Positions 1 to 8,968 of a stretch of DNA of 64,000 nucleotides are shown here, one piece after another (the first letter of the stretch is position 1; each line of letters begins with the position of its first letter). The DNA lies in assembly GCA_944327255.1 (NCBI GenBank), contig CALVHA010000008.1, positions 11,482 through 75,481 on the forward strand, read 5' to 3'. This DNA is from Candidatus Gastranaerophilales bacterium (GTDB lineage Bacteria > Cyanobacteriota > Vampirovibrionia > Gastranaerophilales > Gastranaerophilaceae). The notes below the pieces were generated by a model. The model had not been told where the DNA came from and ran no database searches. It saw nothing but the letters and a program-made list of their open reading frames with translations. The position numbers and the translations under genes are program-made.

Positions 1-1081
1 AGCCAATATAATCGTCTGCTTTATTCTCAGCAAATTCTTTTGTTTGATCCCAGTCATTGTCATCCTGACCGGTGGTATTTGTTAGCGCAGAATTTGATGT
101 ATCTGCCCTGCCTCCATCAGCATAAGATTTATCCGCATAAGAGTCACTCATATATTCTACCATCTCAAGAGTTTTTCTCTTTGCATATTCAAGAGCCTGC
201 TGTGTTTGTTCATCTGTCGGATCCAAAAATGATGCGACAGCTTCAAATAGAAAATCCCAGTAAGAAGATGAACCTACAAGGTCAATAACTTCACCAAGAC
301 CTTGTTCATCACCATTATCATTATTTTCTTTCCCAAGAGCATCCTGGTGATTGTCAAGACCGGCCAATACAACATTCCCATTTAAAATATCCTCTAGTGT
401 AACATCTGTTACACTAGAAAGGTCATCAGGCTTTCCATACCAGCCCTTTCCATCTATATACATCTTCATCCCGGTACCGTGAGTTTCTTCATCATTTTCT
501 ACCTGAAAAGAATTAAGAAAATCAGAAAAATCAAACTCAACAGTACTTAAATAATTCGTTACAAAGTCATCATAAGTTACTTGTTCAGTTGTATAGTCAA
601 TCATATCAATTGAACCCAAACCAGCATCCGGGTTATAGGTTACATTCATTATACTTTCACCTATTGTTTGGGTTACTATGCCGTTATCTATTAAACCTTG
701 TATAAACTTATTTCTTATATCTGATGAAGGGGTTGTCCCAAAACCTTCTTGAGGAATACCAGCGGCTTTTGCTGCTGCCGCCAAACCTGCATCCAATACT
801 ATTCTTCCGGATGGATCCGTTATTGGGGATGGCATATAGTCATTCAATTTTGATGGCTGCATTAACAAGCCATAAGATAACTGAGTACTTGTATCCCCTG
901 TTCCATAAAAATCGTATACCAGTTTTGTCTGGTTTAAGGCATCTTCATACTGAGCTGACACAATGTTCATATCGCGGGATAACGCGATCTTCTGATGTGA
1001 ATACGCCATTGATTTATATTCACAGTCCGATTTCCTCGCTGTTATTGTTAGTAATCTCGCTTGTGATGCTGCTAATCCCAT
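1..1081 (-). CDS. Hypothetical protein, N-terminal 360 codons only (C-terminus lies beyond the window start); absent from the supplied ORF track
   Basis: Hand translation of the reverse strand from ATG at 1081-1079 gives MGLAASQARLLTITARKSDCEYKSMAYSHQKIALSRDMNIVSAQYEDALNQTKLVYDFYGTGD... and stays open to position 1. I re-checked the frame at about 900, 540 and 1-60. AGG-containing RBS-like stretch about 9 nt upstream. A 360-codon open frame in AT-rich DNA is unlikely by chance. Confidence 0.7.
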   Translation of the reverse strand, partial: MGLAASQARLLTITARKSDCEYKSMAYSHQKIALSRDMNIVSAQYEDALNQTKLVYDFYGTGDTSTQLSYGLLMQPSKLNDYMPSPITDPSGRIVLDAGLAAAAKAAGIPQEGFGTTPSSDIRNKFIQGLIDNGIVTQTIGESIMNVTYNPDAGLGSIDMIDYTTEQVTYDDFVTNYLSTVEFDFSDFLNSFQVENDEETHGTGMKMYIDGKGWYGKPDDLSSVTDVTLEDILNGNVVLAGLDNHQDALGKENNDNGDEQGLGEVIDLVGSSSYWDFLFEAVASFLDPTDEQTQQALEYAKRKTLEMVEYMSDSYADKSYADGGRADTSNSALTNTTGQDDNDWDQTKEFAENKADDYIG

Positions 1082-1290
1082 TGTATGAACCTAATTCCTT
1101 TCAGTATTAGAACATATTCCTAGTTATACATGTTGTTTTACGGCTTTTAAGACAAAAAACTTTAAAAACAATAAATCTTCTTGTTACAATTCTTCATAAA
1201 AAAAGATTACCACATCATACTACATTAACTTAGACCTGGGGGGGATTATTTGCATCTTAAAAACAACTACAATTTTTATAGAGAAATTTT

Positions 1291-1614
1291 TTGTGGAGTA
1301 TTTTTATGTTTACTGAAAACAATTGTCACGATTGTAACAGATACAGTCGTATGGAAATGAAAAATGTAAATAAAGAAATAGTAGGCTGGCTTGAAGACAT
1401 TGTTGAAGAAAACAATAGCCGTGTTGAAAAAAAAGAGTGGAAAAGCAAGTATAACAGCTATGTTGTATATGATTACGAACCTTTCTGTACAGACGGGTTT
1501 GAAATAAATCTGACTATAACTTCTTATGATCAGGCATACTTAAATTTTATTAAATATTTGTATGATGAAAAAGTCAGTACTATTGACTATTTAAACAGCT
1601 GTATAAATCATTAA
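1291..1614 (+). CDS. Small hypothetical protein (the track starts at TTG 1291; ATG at 1306 is a likelier start)
   Basis: 107-aa ORF with no recognisable motif. Its stop overlaps the rarA stop in a shared TTAA. Confidence 0.4.
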   Translation: MWSIFMFTENNCHDCNRYSRMEMKNVNKEIVGWLEDIVEENNSRVEKKEWKSKYNSYVVYDYEPFCTDGFEINLTITSYDQAYLNFIKYLYDEKVSTIDYLNSCINH

Positions 1615-2846
1615 TCTTGTAAATATTTTGTTCCGATAAGTTCATCCGGCAAAAACTGCTGTTCAAAATCAGGATCAGAATGCGAATATACATAACCTAT
1701 TCCAAAGCCGTATTTTGATGCATCTTTGTAATGCGCATCTCTTAAGTGCATTGGCGGCGGGTAATCTTTACCGCTTGCAATATCAGAAAGCGCTGCATCA
1801 ACTGCACAAACGGTTTCATTAGATTTTTTTGCACGTGCAACATAAATAACAGCTTGAGCCAGAGGAATTCTACCCTCAGGCATTCCAAGAAGCTCAACAG
1901 CTTTATAAGCATTGACAGCCAGATTAAAAGCCATAGGATCAGCATTCCCGACATCCTCTGCAGCGCAGGTAATAAGTCTTCTTGCAATAAATCTCGGATC
2001 TTCTCCTGCAGCAATCATTTTAGCAAGATAATAAATGGCAGCATCAGGATCACTTCCGCGCAAACTCTTCTGAAATGCAGAAGCACAGTCATAATGCTCC
2101 TGCTGTGAATACCTTGTATTACGTTTCTGACAAATTTCCTCAATCGTTTTAACGGTCAAACTGCGCCGCTCATCCCTTAAATCACTCGCAAAATAAGCAT
2201 TTTCCACAATATTCAATGCAAATCTTGCATCTCCTCTTGAAAGATTAATTATAAAATCAAAAACCCCGCTTTCAATATCAACAGGAAGATAATTTTTAGC
2301 AAGGTATGCAAAACCTCTTTTAATAATACGAAACATACTCTCATCATCAATTGAATTTAAACGGATAACCTGAACTCTTGATAAAAGTGCAGGCACAACC
2401 TGAAAAGAGGGATTTTCGGTAGTCGAACCGATAAGGAATATTGTTCCGTTCTCCAAATGCGGAAGAAGAGCATCTTGCTGTGTTTTTGAATAACGATGAA
2501 TTTCATCTATAAATAAAATAGTTTTAATTCCGCTTCTGAGTGACATCTTTGCACTTTCAACAGCATCTTTTATATCTTTAACACCAGATGTAACAGCGGA
2601 GATTTCAATAAAATTTGCATTCGTTTTTGTCGCAATAAGTCTTGCCAGTGTAGTTTTGCCACATCCCGGAGTTCCCCAGAAAATCATGGAAAAAAGTCTT
2701 TGCGTTTTTAACAAATTTAAAAGAGGACTGTTTTGAGCCACTACATTACTTTGTCCCAAAAATTCATCAAGCGTTTTCGGTCTCAAAACTTCCGCAAGAG
2801 GAATTTGTTTATTCTGATTTTCCAGTTCCGTAAATAAGTTATTCAT
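1611..2846 (-). CDS. rarA: Replication-associated recombination protein A (AAA+ ATPase, MgsA/RarA family)
   Basis: Walker A GTPGCGKTTLARLIA, Walker B ILFIDEIHR, and the conserved C-terminal RGSDPDAAIYYLAKM / GEDPRFIARRL block typical of RarA. Confidence 0.9.
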   Translation of the reverse strand: MNNLFTELENQNKQIPLAEVLRPKTLDEFLGQSNVVAQNSPLLNLLKTQRLFSMIFWGTPGCGKTTLARLIATKTNANFIEISAVTSGVKDIKDAVESAKMSLRSGIKTILFIDEIHRYSKTQQDALLPHLENGTIFLIGSTTENPSFQVVPALLSRVQVIRLNSIDDESMFRIIKRGFAYLAKNYLPVDIESGVFDFIINLSRGDARFALNIVENAYFASDLRDERRSLTVKTIEEICQKRNTRYSQQEHYDCASAFQKSLRGSDPDAAIYYLAKMIAAGEDPRFIARRLITCAAEDVGNADPMAFNLAVNAYKAVELLGMPEGRIPLAQAVIYVARAKKSNETVCAVDAALSDIASGKDYPPPMHLRDAHYKDASKYGFGIGYVYSHSDPDFEQQFLPDELIGTKYLQD

Positions 2847-2888
2847 AGTATAATCATAACATGGATTGGATAAAAAATCAGAGGAAAT

Positions 2889-4115
2889 ATGAATAAATTA
2901 AAAATAGTTTTAGGGTTAATAATAATCATCATATGTACAGGATTGTGTATCAAAATATTTCATAAGCCTAACGATAATAATGAAGTAATTTTCTGGACAT
3001 TACAAATGAGTGACTTTTCGGATTATATGAACAGTGTAATAAAAGAGTTTGAAAAAGAAAATCCTGATATTAAAATCAAATGGATTGATGTACCATTCTC
3101 TGAAGGCGAAAAACGAACTCTTGCATCTGTTCTGAGCGATAATCCCCCTGATTTGATAAATCTTAACCCGGATTTTTCCGCAACCCTCGCCCAAAAAGGA
3201 GCTTTATACGAAATCCCGCAGGAGAATGCAGTACAGTTCAATCAGGCAATAGTCAATTCTCTTAAATACAACGGCAAATTATATTCTTTGCCATGGTATG
3301 CAACCTCTGCAGTTACAATTTACAACAAAGAACTTATAGACAAAGCAGGTGTTAAAGTTCCGCTGACTTACGAAGAAGCAGGGAAAGCCGCTCAGATAAT
3401 AAAATCAAAAACTGGAGCTTATATATTTCTCCCCAATATCACAGAAAACGATACTATGCTCAAAATTCTAAATAAATACGGTGTAAATTCCCCTGAAAAT
3501 ATAACAGATGAAAATTCCGTTAAAGTTTTTGAATATTTTAAAAATTTATACGAAAAAAATCTCATTCCGAAAGAATCAATAACCCAAACCCACAGAGAAG
3601 CTCTTGAAAAATATATGTCCGAAAATATTGTACTCTTTCAAGCAGGTGCAAACTTCCTTAATATGATTAAGGAAAACGCACCTATGACATACGCACACAC
3701 TGACGTCACCTCGCAAATGACGGGGAAACTCGGACAAAATGATTTTTCTCTAATGAATTTTGTAATCCCTCTAAAAGCAAAACACAAAGAAGAAGCCGTT
3801 AAATTTGTATTGTTCTTAACTAATAATCAAAATCAGCTTGAACTTGCAAAATTAACAAACGTTATTGCAGTAAATCAGGAAACATTAAAAAATGATTTCT
3901 ATACAAAATATTCTCCTGATGATCTGATGGCAAAAGCACGTGTTATAAGTGCGAAACAGCTTAATAAAGTAGAACCCGTTATGAAGTCTTCACAAAACCA
4001 GAAAGATATCAATAATCTTGTTAATTCTGCCGTTCAAAAAATTCTTCTCGGGGAAAGTGACACTAAACAAATTTTACAAAAACTATCAAAAGATTGGGCC
4101 GACATGCTTAATTAA
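2889..4115 (+). CDS. ABC transporter extracellular solute-binding protein (family 1, sugar-type), N-terminal membrane anchor/signal
   Basis: Hydrophobic N-terminus, then a typical SBP_bac_1 pattern (EFEKENPDIKIKWIDVPF..., NPDF..., YSLPWY...). No permease or ATPase gene is adjacent. Confidence 0.75.
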   Translation: MNKLKIVLGLIIIIICTGLCIKIFHKPNDNNEVIFWTLQMSDFSDYMNSVIKEFEKENPDIKIKWIDVPFSEGEKRTLASVLSDNPPDLINLNPDFSATLAQKGALYEIPQENAVQFNQAIVNSLKYNGKLYSLPWYATSAVTIYNKELIDKAGVKVPLTYEEAGKAAQIIKSKTGAYIFLPNITENDTMLKILNKYGVNSPENITDENSVKVFEYFKNLYEKNLIPKESITQTHREALEKYMSENIVLFQAGANFLNMIKENAPMTYAHTDVTSQMTGKLGQNDFSLMNFVIPLKAKHKEEAVKFVLFLTNNQNQLELAKLTNVIAVNQETLKNDFYTKYSPDDLMAKARVISAKQLNKVEPVMKSSQNQKDINNLVNSAVQKILLGESDTKQILQKLSKDWADMLN

Positions 4116-4208
4116 GCTATTCTTAACCAAATTTAACATGTCACTTGATTTTTATCATTTTTCATATATGATAAAATTACACAACTAGCTAGAAAAGGAA
4201 AGAAAATT

Positions 4209-4400
4209 ATGGCAAAACATTGTGAAATCTGCGGTAAAGCACCGATTAAAGCAGCGAAATTAACATTCTCGCATAAACAAATTGTTCATACTCAAGAACC
4301 TAATTTACAATCAGTTAAGGCTGTTGTAAACGGTCAAACTAAAAGAATCAGAGTTTGTACTTCTTGCTTAAAAGCAGGTAAAGTTCAAAAAGCTATATAG
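4209..4400 (+). CDS. rpmB: 50S ribosomal protein L28
   Basis: MAKHCEICGK...FSHKQ...NLQSVKAVVNGQTKRIRVCTSCLKAGKV matches the L28 pattern. 63 aa. Confidence 0.9.
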   Translation: MAKHCEICGKAPIKAAKLTFSHKQIVHTQEPNLQSVKAVVNGQTKRIRVCTSCLKAGKVQKAI

Positions 4401-4421
4401 TTCTTGAAACAAAATGTTGAA

Positions 4422-4451
4422 AAATGAGTCCCTTTAAACGGGACTCATTTT
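4422..4451. terminator. Bidirectional intrinsic terminator between convergent rpmB and the GT2 gene
   Basis: aaaatgagtccc / tttaaac / gggactcatttt: about 12-bp stem, 7-nt loop, A-run before and T-run after. Confidence 0.7.
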
Positions 4452-5276
4452 TTATTCAATTAAATATACATGCAGCCTTTTTAAACACATCAAAAATGTT
4501 GACGTCAAAATAAAAATAAGAAGTTTTAAATTGTAAGGCTCCTTTTTGTAAATATATAAATAAGCACTTATATTTGCAAACTTGAACTTAATTCCGTCAC
4601 GGTGCCCGATATAACTTGACGGATGCTGTCTCCAGCGAGTTAAAGGTTGATCAATATAATAAAAATCGGTTTCTCTTGCAAGCTGAATATATAAATACCA
4701 ATCAAGAAGTTTTTCAATAGGAGTGCTAAAATCAAGATTATCAAGCAAAGTTTTTTTTACCATAACACTTGACATTGTAAGAATAAGATTTGAACAGCCA
4801 AAATTATAAAACATATTTTTTGGAAATTTTAACGATTTATTTATCCTAACAATCTTTGAAAATTTCTTTTTTGTGTTTTCTGCGTTTTCGCCAAAAAACT
4901 CAACATCATTATAGATCAAGCCTGACTGCGGATATTTTTCAATGGTCCGGACTTTATTTTCAAGATAATCTGTTCTCCACATATCATCACTTTCCAGAAA
5001 AGCAACCCAGTCTCCCGATACAGCAAGCAGAGCTGTTTGAATAGACTGTTTAAGCCCCTGATTTTCAAAATTTTTTATGACCTTTATACGGCTATCGGAA
5101 TTTGCAAATTCCATAATAATATCCATTGAATTATCAATGGAACAGTCATCTATAATAACCATTTCCCAGTCCGTAAAGGTCTGATTAACAACCGACTTAA
5201 TAGTATCTTTTAGATACTGTCCATAGTTATAACTTGTTAGTACTACTGAAACCCGCATAAAACAATTATAACACAA
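4452..5276 (-). CDS. Glycosyltransferase family 2
   Basis: VSVVLTSYNYGQYLKDTIKSVVNQTFTDWEMVIIDDCSIDNS and a later ESDD (DXD-like) motif. The true start may be Met-7 (5258). Confidence 0.8.
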   Translation of the reverse strand: MCYNCFMRVSVVLTSYNYGQYLKDTIKSVVNQTFTDWEMVIIDDCSIDNSMDIIMEFANSDSRIKVIKNFENQGLKQSIQTALLAVSGDWVAFLESDDMWRTDYLENKVRTIEKYPQSGLIYNDVEFFGENAENTKKKFSKIVRINKSLKFPKNMFYNFGCSNLILTMSSVMVKKTLLDNLDFSTPIEKLLDWYLYIQLARETDFYYIDQPLTRWRQHPSSYIGHRDGIKFKFANISAYLYIYKKEPYNLKLLIFILTSTFLMCLKRLHVYLIE

Positions 5277-5279
5277 ATT

Positions 5280-5492
5280 TTAAGAACAATTTTTCTTTAA
5301 TAATTCTCCATTATAATCACAGACTTCATCATATAAATTATCAATTTTCGTCAGTATTATATCTACAAAAGGTTCATAATATATATTTAAATCATTCCCT
5401 CTAATCGCATCCCTAAATATCAACATAAGACTTTTTATATCAACAATTTGCTCTTCAAATTTAGAAAGTTTTACCAAAAAATCTTTATCCAT
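5280..5492 (-). CDS. Small hypothetical protein (70 aa), immediately upstream of the GT2 gene
   Basis: ORF only. A 3-nt gap to the GT2 start suggests co-transcription. Confidence 0.4.
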   Translation of the reverse strand: MDKDFLVKLSKFEEQIVDIKSLMLIFRDAIRGNDLNIYYEPFVDIILTKIDNLYDEVCDYNGELLKKNCS

Positions 5493-5569
5493 ATTGATTA
5501 GCCATGTATACGCTAAACAATATACTATATTCAGTATACTTTAAAAAGAATAACCACTAAAATTATAGA

Positions 5570-5851
5570 ATGCAAGATAGTAAGCTACAAAATAAAAAGA
5601 AACTTATAATGCAAAAAGCCATAGGAAAAGTTATTAGACAACAAAGAATTGCTATGGGTAAAGGCATCAATACTTTTTATTTTGAATACGATTTAGGTAA
5701 TGCAGTAATAACAGATACTGAAAACGGCAAAACAGAACCGAAAATCGGAACTATATGGAAATTTGCGAATGCTTTTGGAATGAAATGTTCTGAATTAGTA
5801 AAATTAATTGAAGATGAATTGCCTGAAAACTTCAATTTTTACGATGATTAG
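5570..5851 (+). CDS. XRE-family helix-turn-helix transcriptional regulator (tentative)
   Basis: Pattern IGKVIRQQRIAMGKGINTF...ITDTENGKTEPKIGTIWKFANAFGMKCSELV resembles an HTH_3 domain. The start is uncertain (5570 or 5609). Confidence 0.5.
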   Translation: MQDSKLQNKKKLIMQKAIGKVIRQQRIAMGKGINTFYFEYDLGNAVITDTENGKTEPKIGTIWKFANAFGMKCSELVKLIEDELPENFNFYDD

Positions 5852-5911
5852 CATAGCATAATAGATTTTAGTTTATCTGCAAACATCCCAAGTTAAAATA
5901 ATAAAATAATA

Positions 5912-5940
5912 AAAACCGCTACTTTATAAGTAGCGGTTTT
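5912..5940. terminator. Bidirectional intrinsic terminator (serves nrdJ on the minus strand and the HTH gene on the plus strand)
   Basis: aaaaccgctac / tttataa / gtagcggtttt. 7-bp GC-rich core stem with A/T extensions. The T-run is stronger on the minus-strand reading. Confidence 0.7.
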
Positions 5941-5988
5941 CTAATACTCTCCCTCTTATTCTTGTACCAGAGGATTGGTATAAATTTA

Positions 5989-7980
5989 CTATGAACAACC
6001 TGAATATCCACAATTCAAGCAGATAAAACATCCTTCTGCCATTTCAATTGTATTCCCGCATTCAGGACAAGTAACCTTTTTGATTTCACCTGTAGGATTA
6101 TACTCTTCAGTTTTTTCTTCAGCTTTAACTTCAACAGGTTCTTCAACCTTTTCCTCTTTTTTCTTGTCATCAAGATTCATTGGCTGGAATTGACGTGAAT
6201 TATTTCTATATACGGTTATTCCCTTCAAATTGTTTTTGTAAGCAAGGATGTAAGCTTCTTCTATATCCTTTCTTGTAGCATGTTCTTCAAAGTTAACCGT
6301 TTTAGAAACAGCGTTATCTGTATGAAGCTGGAATGCAGCCTGCATCTTAACATGCCAATATGGTGATACATCATGAGCAGTTACAAAAATATGTTTAATT
6401 TCATCAGAAATTCCGCTTACATGAGCAACTGAACCGTCTTTTGCAATTTGTTTCATCAAATCTTCACTGTAAAGTCCATGTTTAACCATATAATCTTTAA
6501 ATATAGGGTTAATTTCAAGCATTTCAGTTCCATCCATAATCAATCTCGAAAATACAAGACCGAATAAAGGTTCTACACCGCCTGAAGCTCCTGCAATCAT
6601 AGAAATTGTACCTGTAGGAGCAATACAGGTTGTTGTAGCATTTCTGATACCATATTTTTCAATTTGTGAATCCAAATCAGCCCATTGTTCGTCAGAAATA
6701 ATTCCGGCAGATTTACCTTTATATTTATTAGTTAAGAATTTTTGATTATCATAAACACTTCCCTTAAAGTTATTGAAACGGCCTCTTTCTTTAGACAATT
6801 CAATAGATTCACACTTTGATTCATAATCAATAAATTCCATAACCTGAGCACCAAGCTTAGTCCCTTCTTCTGAAGCGTAAGATATACCCATCTTCATAAG
6901 CATATCAGCCCACCCCATAACGCCTAAGCCAATTTTACGATTATTTCTAACCATTTCGGAAATTCTAGGAAGAGGATAATTATTAACTTCAATAACATTA
7001 TCCAAAAAGCGAATAGCAGTTCTTGTGACTTCTGCTAATCTTTTCCAGTTAACAACAGGTCCGTTTGGAGTATCATCGACCATTTTCCCAAGGTTGATTG
7101 AACCAAGATTACAAGCCTCGTAAGCAAGCAAAGGAACTTCACCGCAAGGATTAGTTGATTCAATTTCGCCAACAAGAGGGGTCGGGTTATCAGCATTCAT
7201 CTTATCAATAAATACAATACCTGGTTCACCATTTCTCCAAGCGCCGTCAACAATCATATCAAATACTTTTTTAGCACTTAATCTGCCAACTACCTGATTA
7301 TTTTGAGGATTAACCAGATCATAATCAGTTCCGTTGATATATGCTTCCATAAATTTATCTGTAATTGCGACAGAAATATTAAAGTTATTCAATTTATTAT
7401 TATCGCTTTTACAGTTAATAAAATCTAAAATATCAGGGTGATCAACTCTCAAGATACCCATATTGGCACCACGTCTTGTCCCGCCCTGTTTAACTGCTTC
7501 AGTTGCAGCGTTGAAAACTTCCATAAAAGAAACAGGTCCTGAAGATACACCCATAGTAGAACGGACAACACTGTTTTTAGGTCTTAATCTTGAAAAAGAA
7601 AACCCTGTACCACCACCTGATTTATGTATCAAAGCAGTATTTTTAACTGTTTCAAAAATTCCTTCCAGAGAATCCTCAACAGGCAATACAAAACAAGCAG
7701 CCAACTGCCCGAGTTCACGACCTGCATTCATTAATGTAGGTGAATTCGGCATAAAATAACAATTTGTAATTGTTTCGTAAAATCTGTTTGTTAAACTCTC
7801 AACGTCACTTTGAGATTTGCCGAATTTTAAATCTCCTTCAGCGATAGTTTTTGCAACTCTTCTGAACATATCAGCCGGCGTTTCTGTGCAATTTCCGTCT
7901 TTATCACGTTTCAAATATCTTTTTTCAAGAACTTTTATAGCGTTTTCAGATAAGTTTAATTTGTCTTCCACTAAGTTCAC
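5989..7980 (-). CDS. nrdJ: Adenosylcobalamin-dependent (class II) ribonucleotide reductase
   Basis: N-terminal VLEKRYL...GNCTETPADMFRRVA, active-site region TNPCGE, and a C-terminal Cys-rich finger CPECGNTIEMAEGCFICLNCGYSGC. GTG start with GGAGG RBS. Confidence 0.9.
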   Translation of the reverse strand: MNLVEDKLNLSENAIKVLEKRYLKRDKDGNCTETPADMFRRVAKTIAEGDLKFGKSQSDVESLTNRFYETITNCYFMPNSPTLMNAGRELGQLAACFVLPVEDSLEGIFETVKNTALIHKSGGGTGFSFSRLRPKNSVVRSTMGVSSGPVSFMEVFNAATEAVKQGGTRRGANMGILRVDHPDILDFINCKSDNNKLNNFNISVAITDKFMEAYINGTDYDLVNPQNNQVVGRLSAKKVFDMIVDGAWRNGEPGIVFIDKMNADNPTPLVGEIESTNPCGEVPLLAYEACNLGSINLGKMVDDTPNGPVVNWKRLAEVTRTAIRFLDNVIEVNNYPLPRISEMVRNNRKIGLGVMGWADMLMKMGISYASEEGTKLGAQVMEFIDYESKCESIELSKERGRFNNFKGSVYDNQKFLTNKYKGKSAGIISDEQWADLDSQIEKYGIRNATTTCIAPTGTISMIAGASGGVEPLFGLVFSRLIMDGTEMLEINPIFKDYMVKHGLYSEDLMKQIAKDGSVAHVSGISDEIKHIFVTAHDVSPYWHVKMQAAFQLHTDNAVSKTVNFEEHATRKDIEEAYILAYKNNLKGITVYRNNSRQFQPMNLDDKKKEEKVEEPVEVKAEEKTEEYNPTGEIKKVTCPECGNTIEMAEGCFICLNCGYSGCS

Positions 7981-8150
7981 ACTAACCTCCGTTTATATCC
8001 CTATATTTGTAATTAAAAAGTGAAAAAATCATGCTTCTTGTATGAGCATGTTTCGTTTTTTATTGTATACCAATTTAAGCAGTTATGGCAAGCGCATAAT
8101 AATTAATTATTACGAAATGTAATCAAAAACCGGGGGAATAATACTAACAC

Positions 8151-8179
8151 TTGTATAAAAGAAAAAAAAGGGGTATAAT
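8151..8179 (+). promoter_or_regulatory. Candidate sigma70 promoter for pilin-like gene 8212
   Basis: TTGTAT (8151-8156), 17 nt, TATAAT (8174-8179). AAGAGG RBS before ATG 8212. Confidence 0.35.
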
Positions 8180-8211
8180 GAATATATAAGTGGTATATTA
8201 AGAGGCAAAAT

Positions 8212-8865
8212 ATGGATTTGAAAACATATAGAACAAACAGGAAACCTGCTTTTTCTCTGGGGGAAGTTCTTATTACACTTGGAATTATCGGAGTTGTTGC
8301 AGCAATTACCACTCCCGTTCTAATGGCTGTTATCCCGAGCAAGAGCGAAACTTTACATAAAAAAGCAGATTATTTATTAGAGCACACTGTTTCAGATATT
8401 GTTAATAATGAGGAATATTACCCTGAGAAAAAAAGCGTTGAGATTCAGCCCGGGGGGTCTACACTTGCAGAAAATGTTTATGGCCTAAGAAATACAGATG
8501 CCGTAATCGAAAATAATAAAACCTATCAGGGAACCACTAAATTTTGTGAATTAATGGCAAGTAAATTTACTCTCTATCCGGGAACCGAAGTAAATTGTAC
8601 GTCAACCGCAGCAAATGCAAACTCTTCAGAATACAGTTTTAAATCATCAGACGGAATAGAATGGAAAATGCCTATAAGTGATTTCAGCACAAATGCAGCA
8701 CAAAATATTATATTCAAAACTTCTGATGAAAAAGGTCCTAATTGTTTCTATAATGAAATCACATGTAAAAAACCGGACAAATTCCTATATCATATAACCC
8801 CAGAAGGGAGATTATATAAAGATTTTGCATCAAGCGACAAAATAAACCCGGACTATGGAAATTAA
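8212..8865 (+). CDS. Prepilin-type N-terminal cleavage/methylation domain protein (type IV pilin / pseudopilin-like)
   Basis: N-terminus ...RKPA|FSLGEVLITLGIIGVVAAITTPVL (class III signal, Glu at +5). Two Cys pairs in the C-terminal part. Confidence 0.75.
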   Translation: MDLKTYRTNRKPAFSLGEVLITLGIIGVVAAITTPVLMAVIPSKSETLHKKADYLLEHTVSDIVNNEEYYPEKKSVEIQPGGSTLAENVYGLRNTDAVIENNKTYQGTTKFCELMASKFTLYPGTEVNCTSTAANANSSEYSFKSSDGIEWKMPISDFSTNAAQNIIFKTSDEKGPNCFYNEITCKKPDKFLYHITPEGRLYKDFASSDKINPDYGN

Positions 8866-8893
8866 AAAAGAGAGTGCAATTACTCTCTTTTTT
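8865..8893 (+). terminator. Intrinsic terminator after the pilin-like gene
   Basis: aaaaagagagt / gcaatt / actctcttttt. Confidence 0.65.
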
Positions 8894-8968
8894 AAACTTT
8901 TATTAAAATTAGAGGGACAGGTTAGGTGGAATTTCATGTTTGGTATATAATTCTATTGAGGTACCAAA

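Noticed and set aside
40-1110. Plus-strand track ORFs 40-288 and 724-1110
   Set aside because: They lie antisense to a 360-codon open frame on the minus strand (1-1081), have odd composition (His/Leu/Pro-rich, no RBS), and are best explained as shadow ORFs.
1742-2108. Nested ORFs 1742-2014(-) and 1746-2108(+) inside rarA, and similar short ORFs inside SBP, nrdJ, ileS, malQ, ddl, murB, murC, the giant ORF, eno, waaA, alr, wecA-like, glyA, the helicases and others
   Set aside because: All fall entirely within long ORFs that have clear family motifs. They are typical low-complexity shadow frames of AT-rich DNA.
5280-5851. Toxin-antitoxin interpretation of the divergent 70-aa ORF and XRE-like HTH gene
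   Set aside because: The genes are divergent, not co-oriented. The 70-aa ORF appears to belong to the GT2 operon and has no toxin-family motif.
7981-8110. NrdR box or cobalamin riboswitch upstream of nrdJ
   Set aside because: The stretch ACAAATATAGGGATATA is AT-rich but not the 16-bp NrdR palindrome. No B12-box-like GC-rich core is visible.
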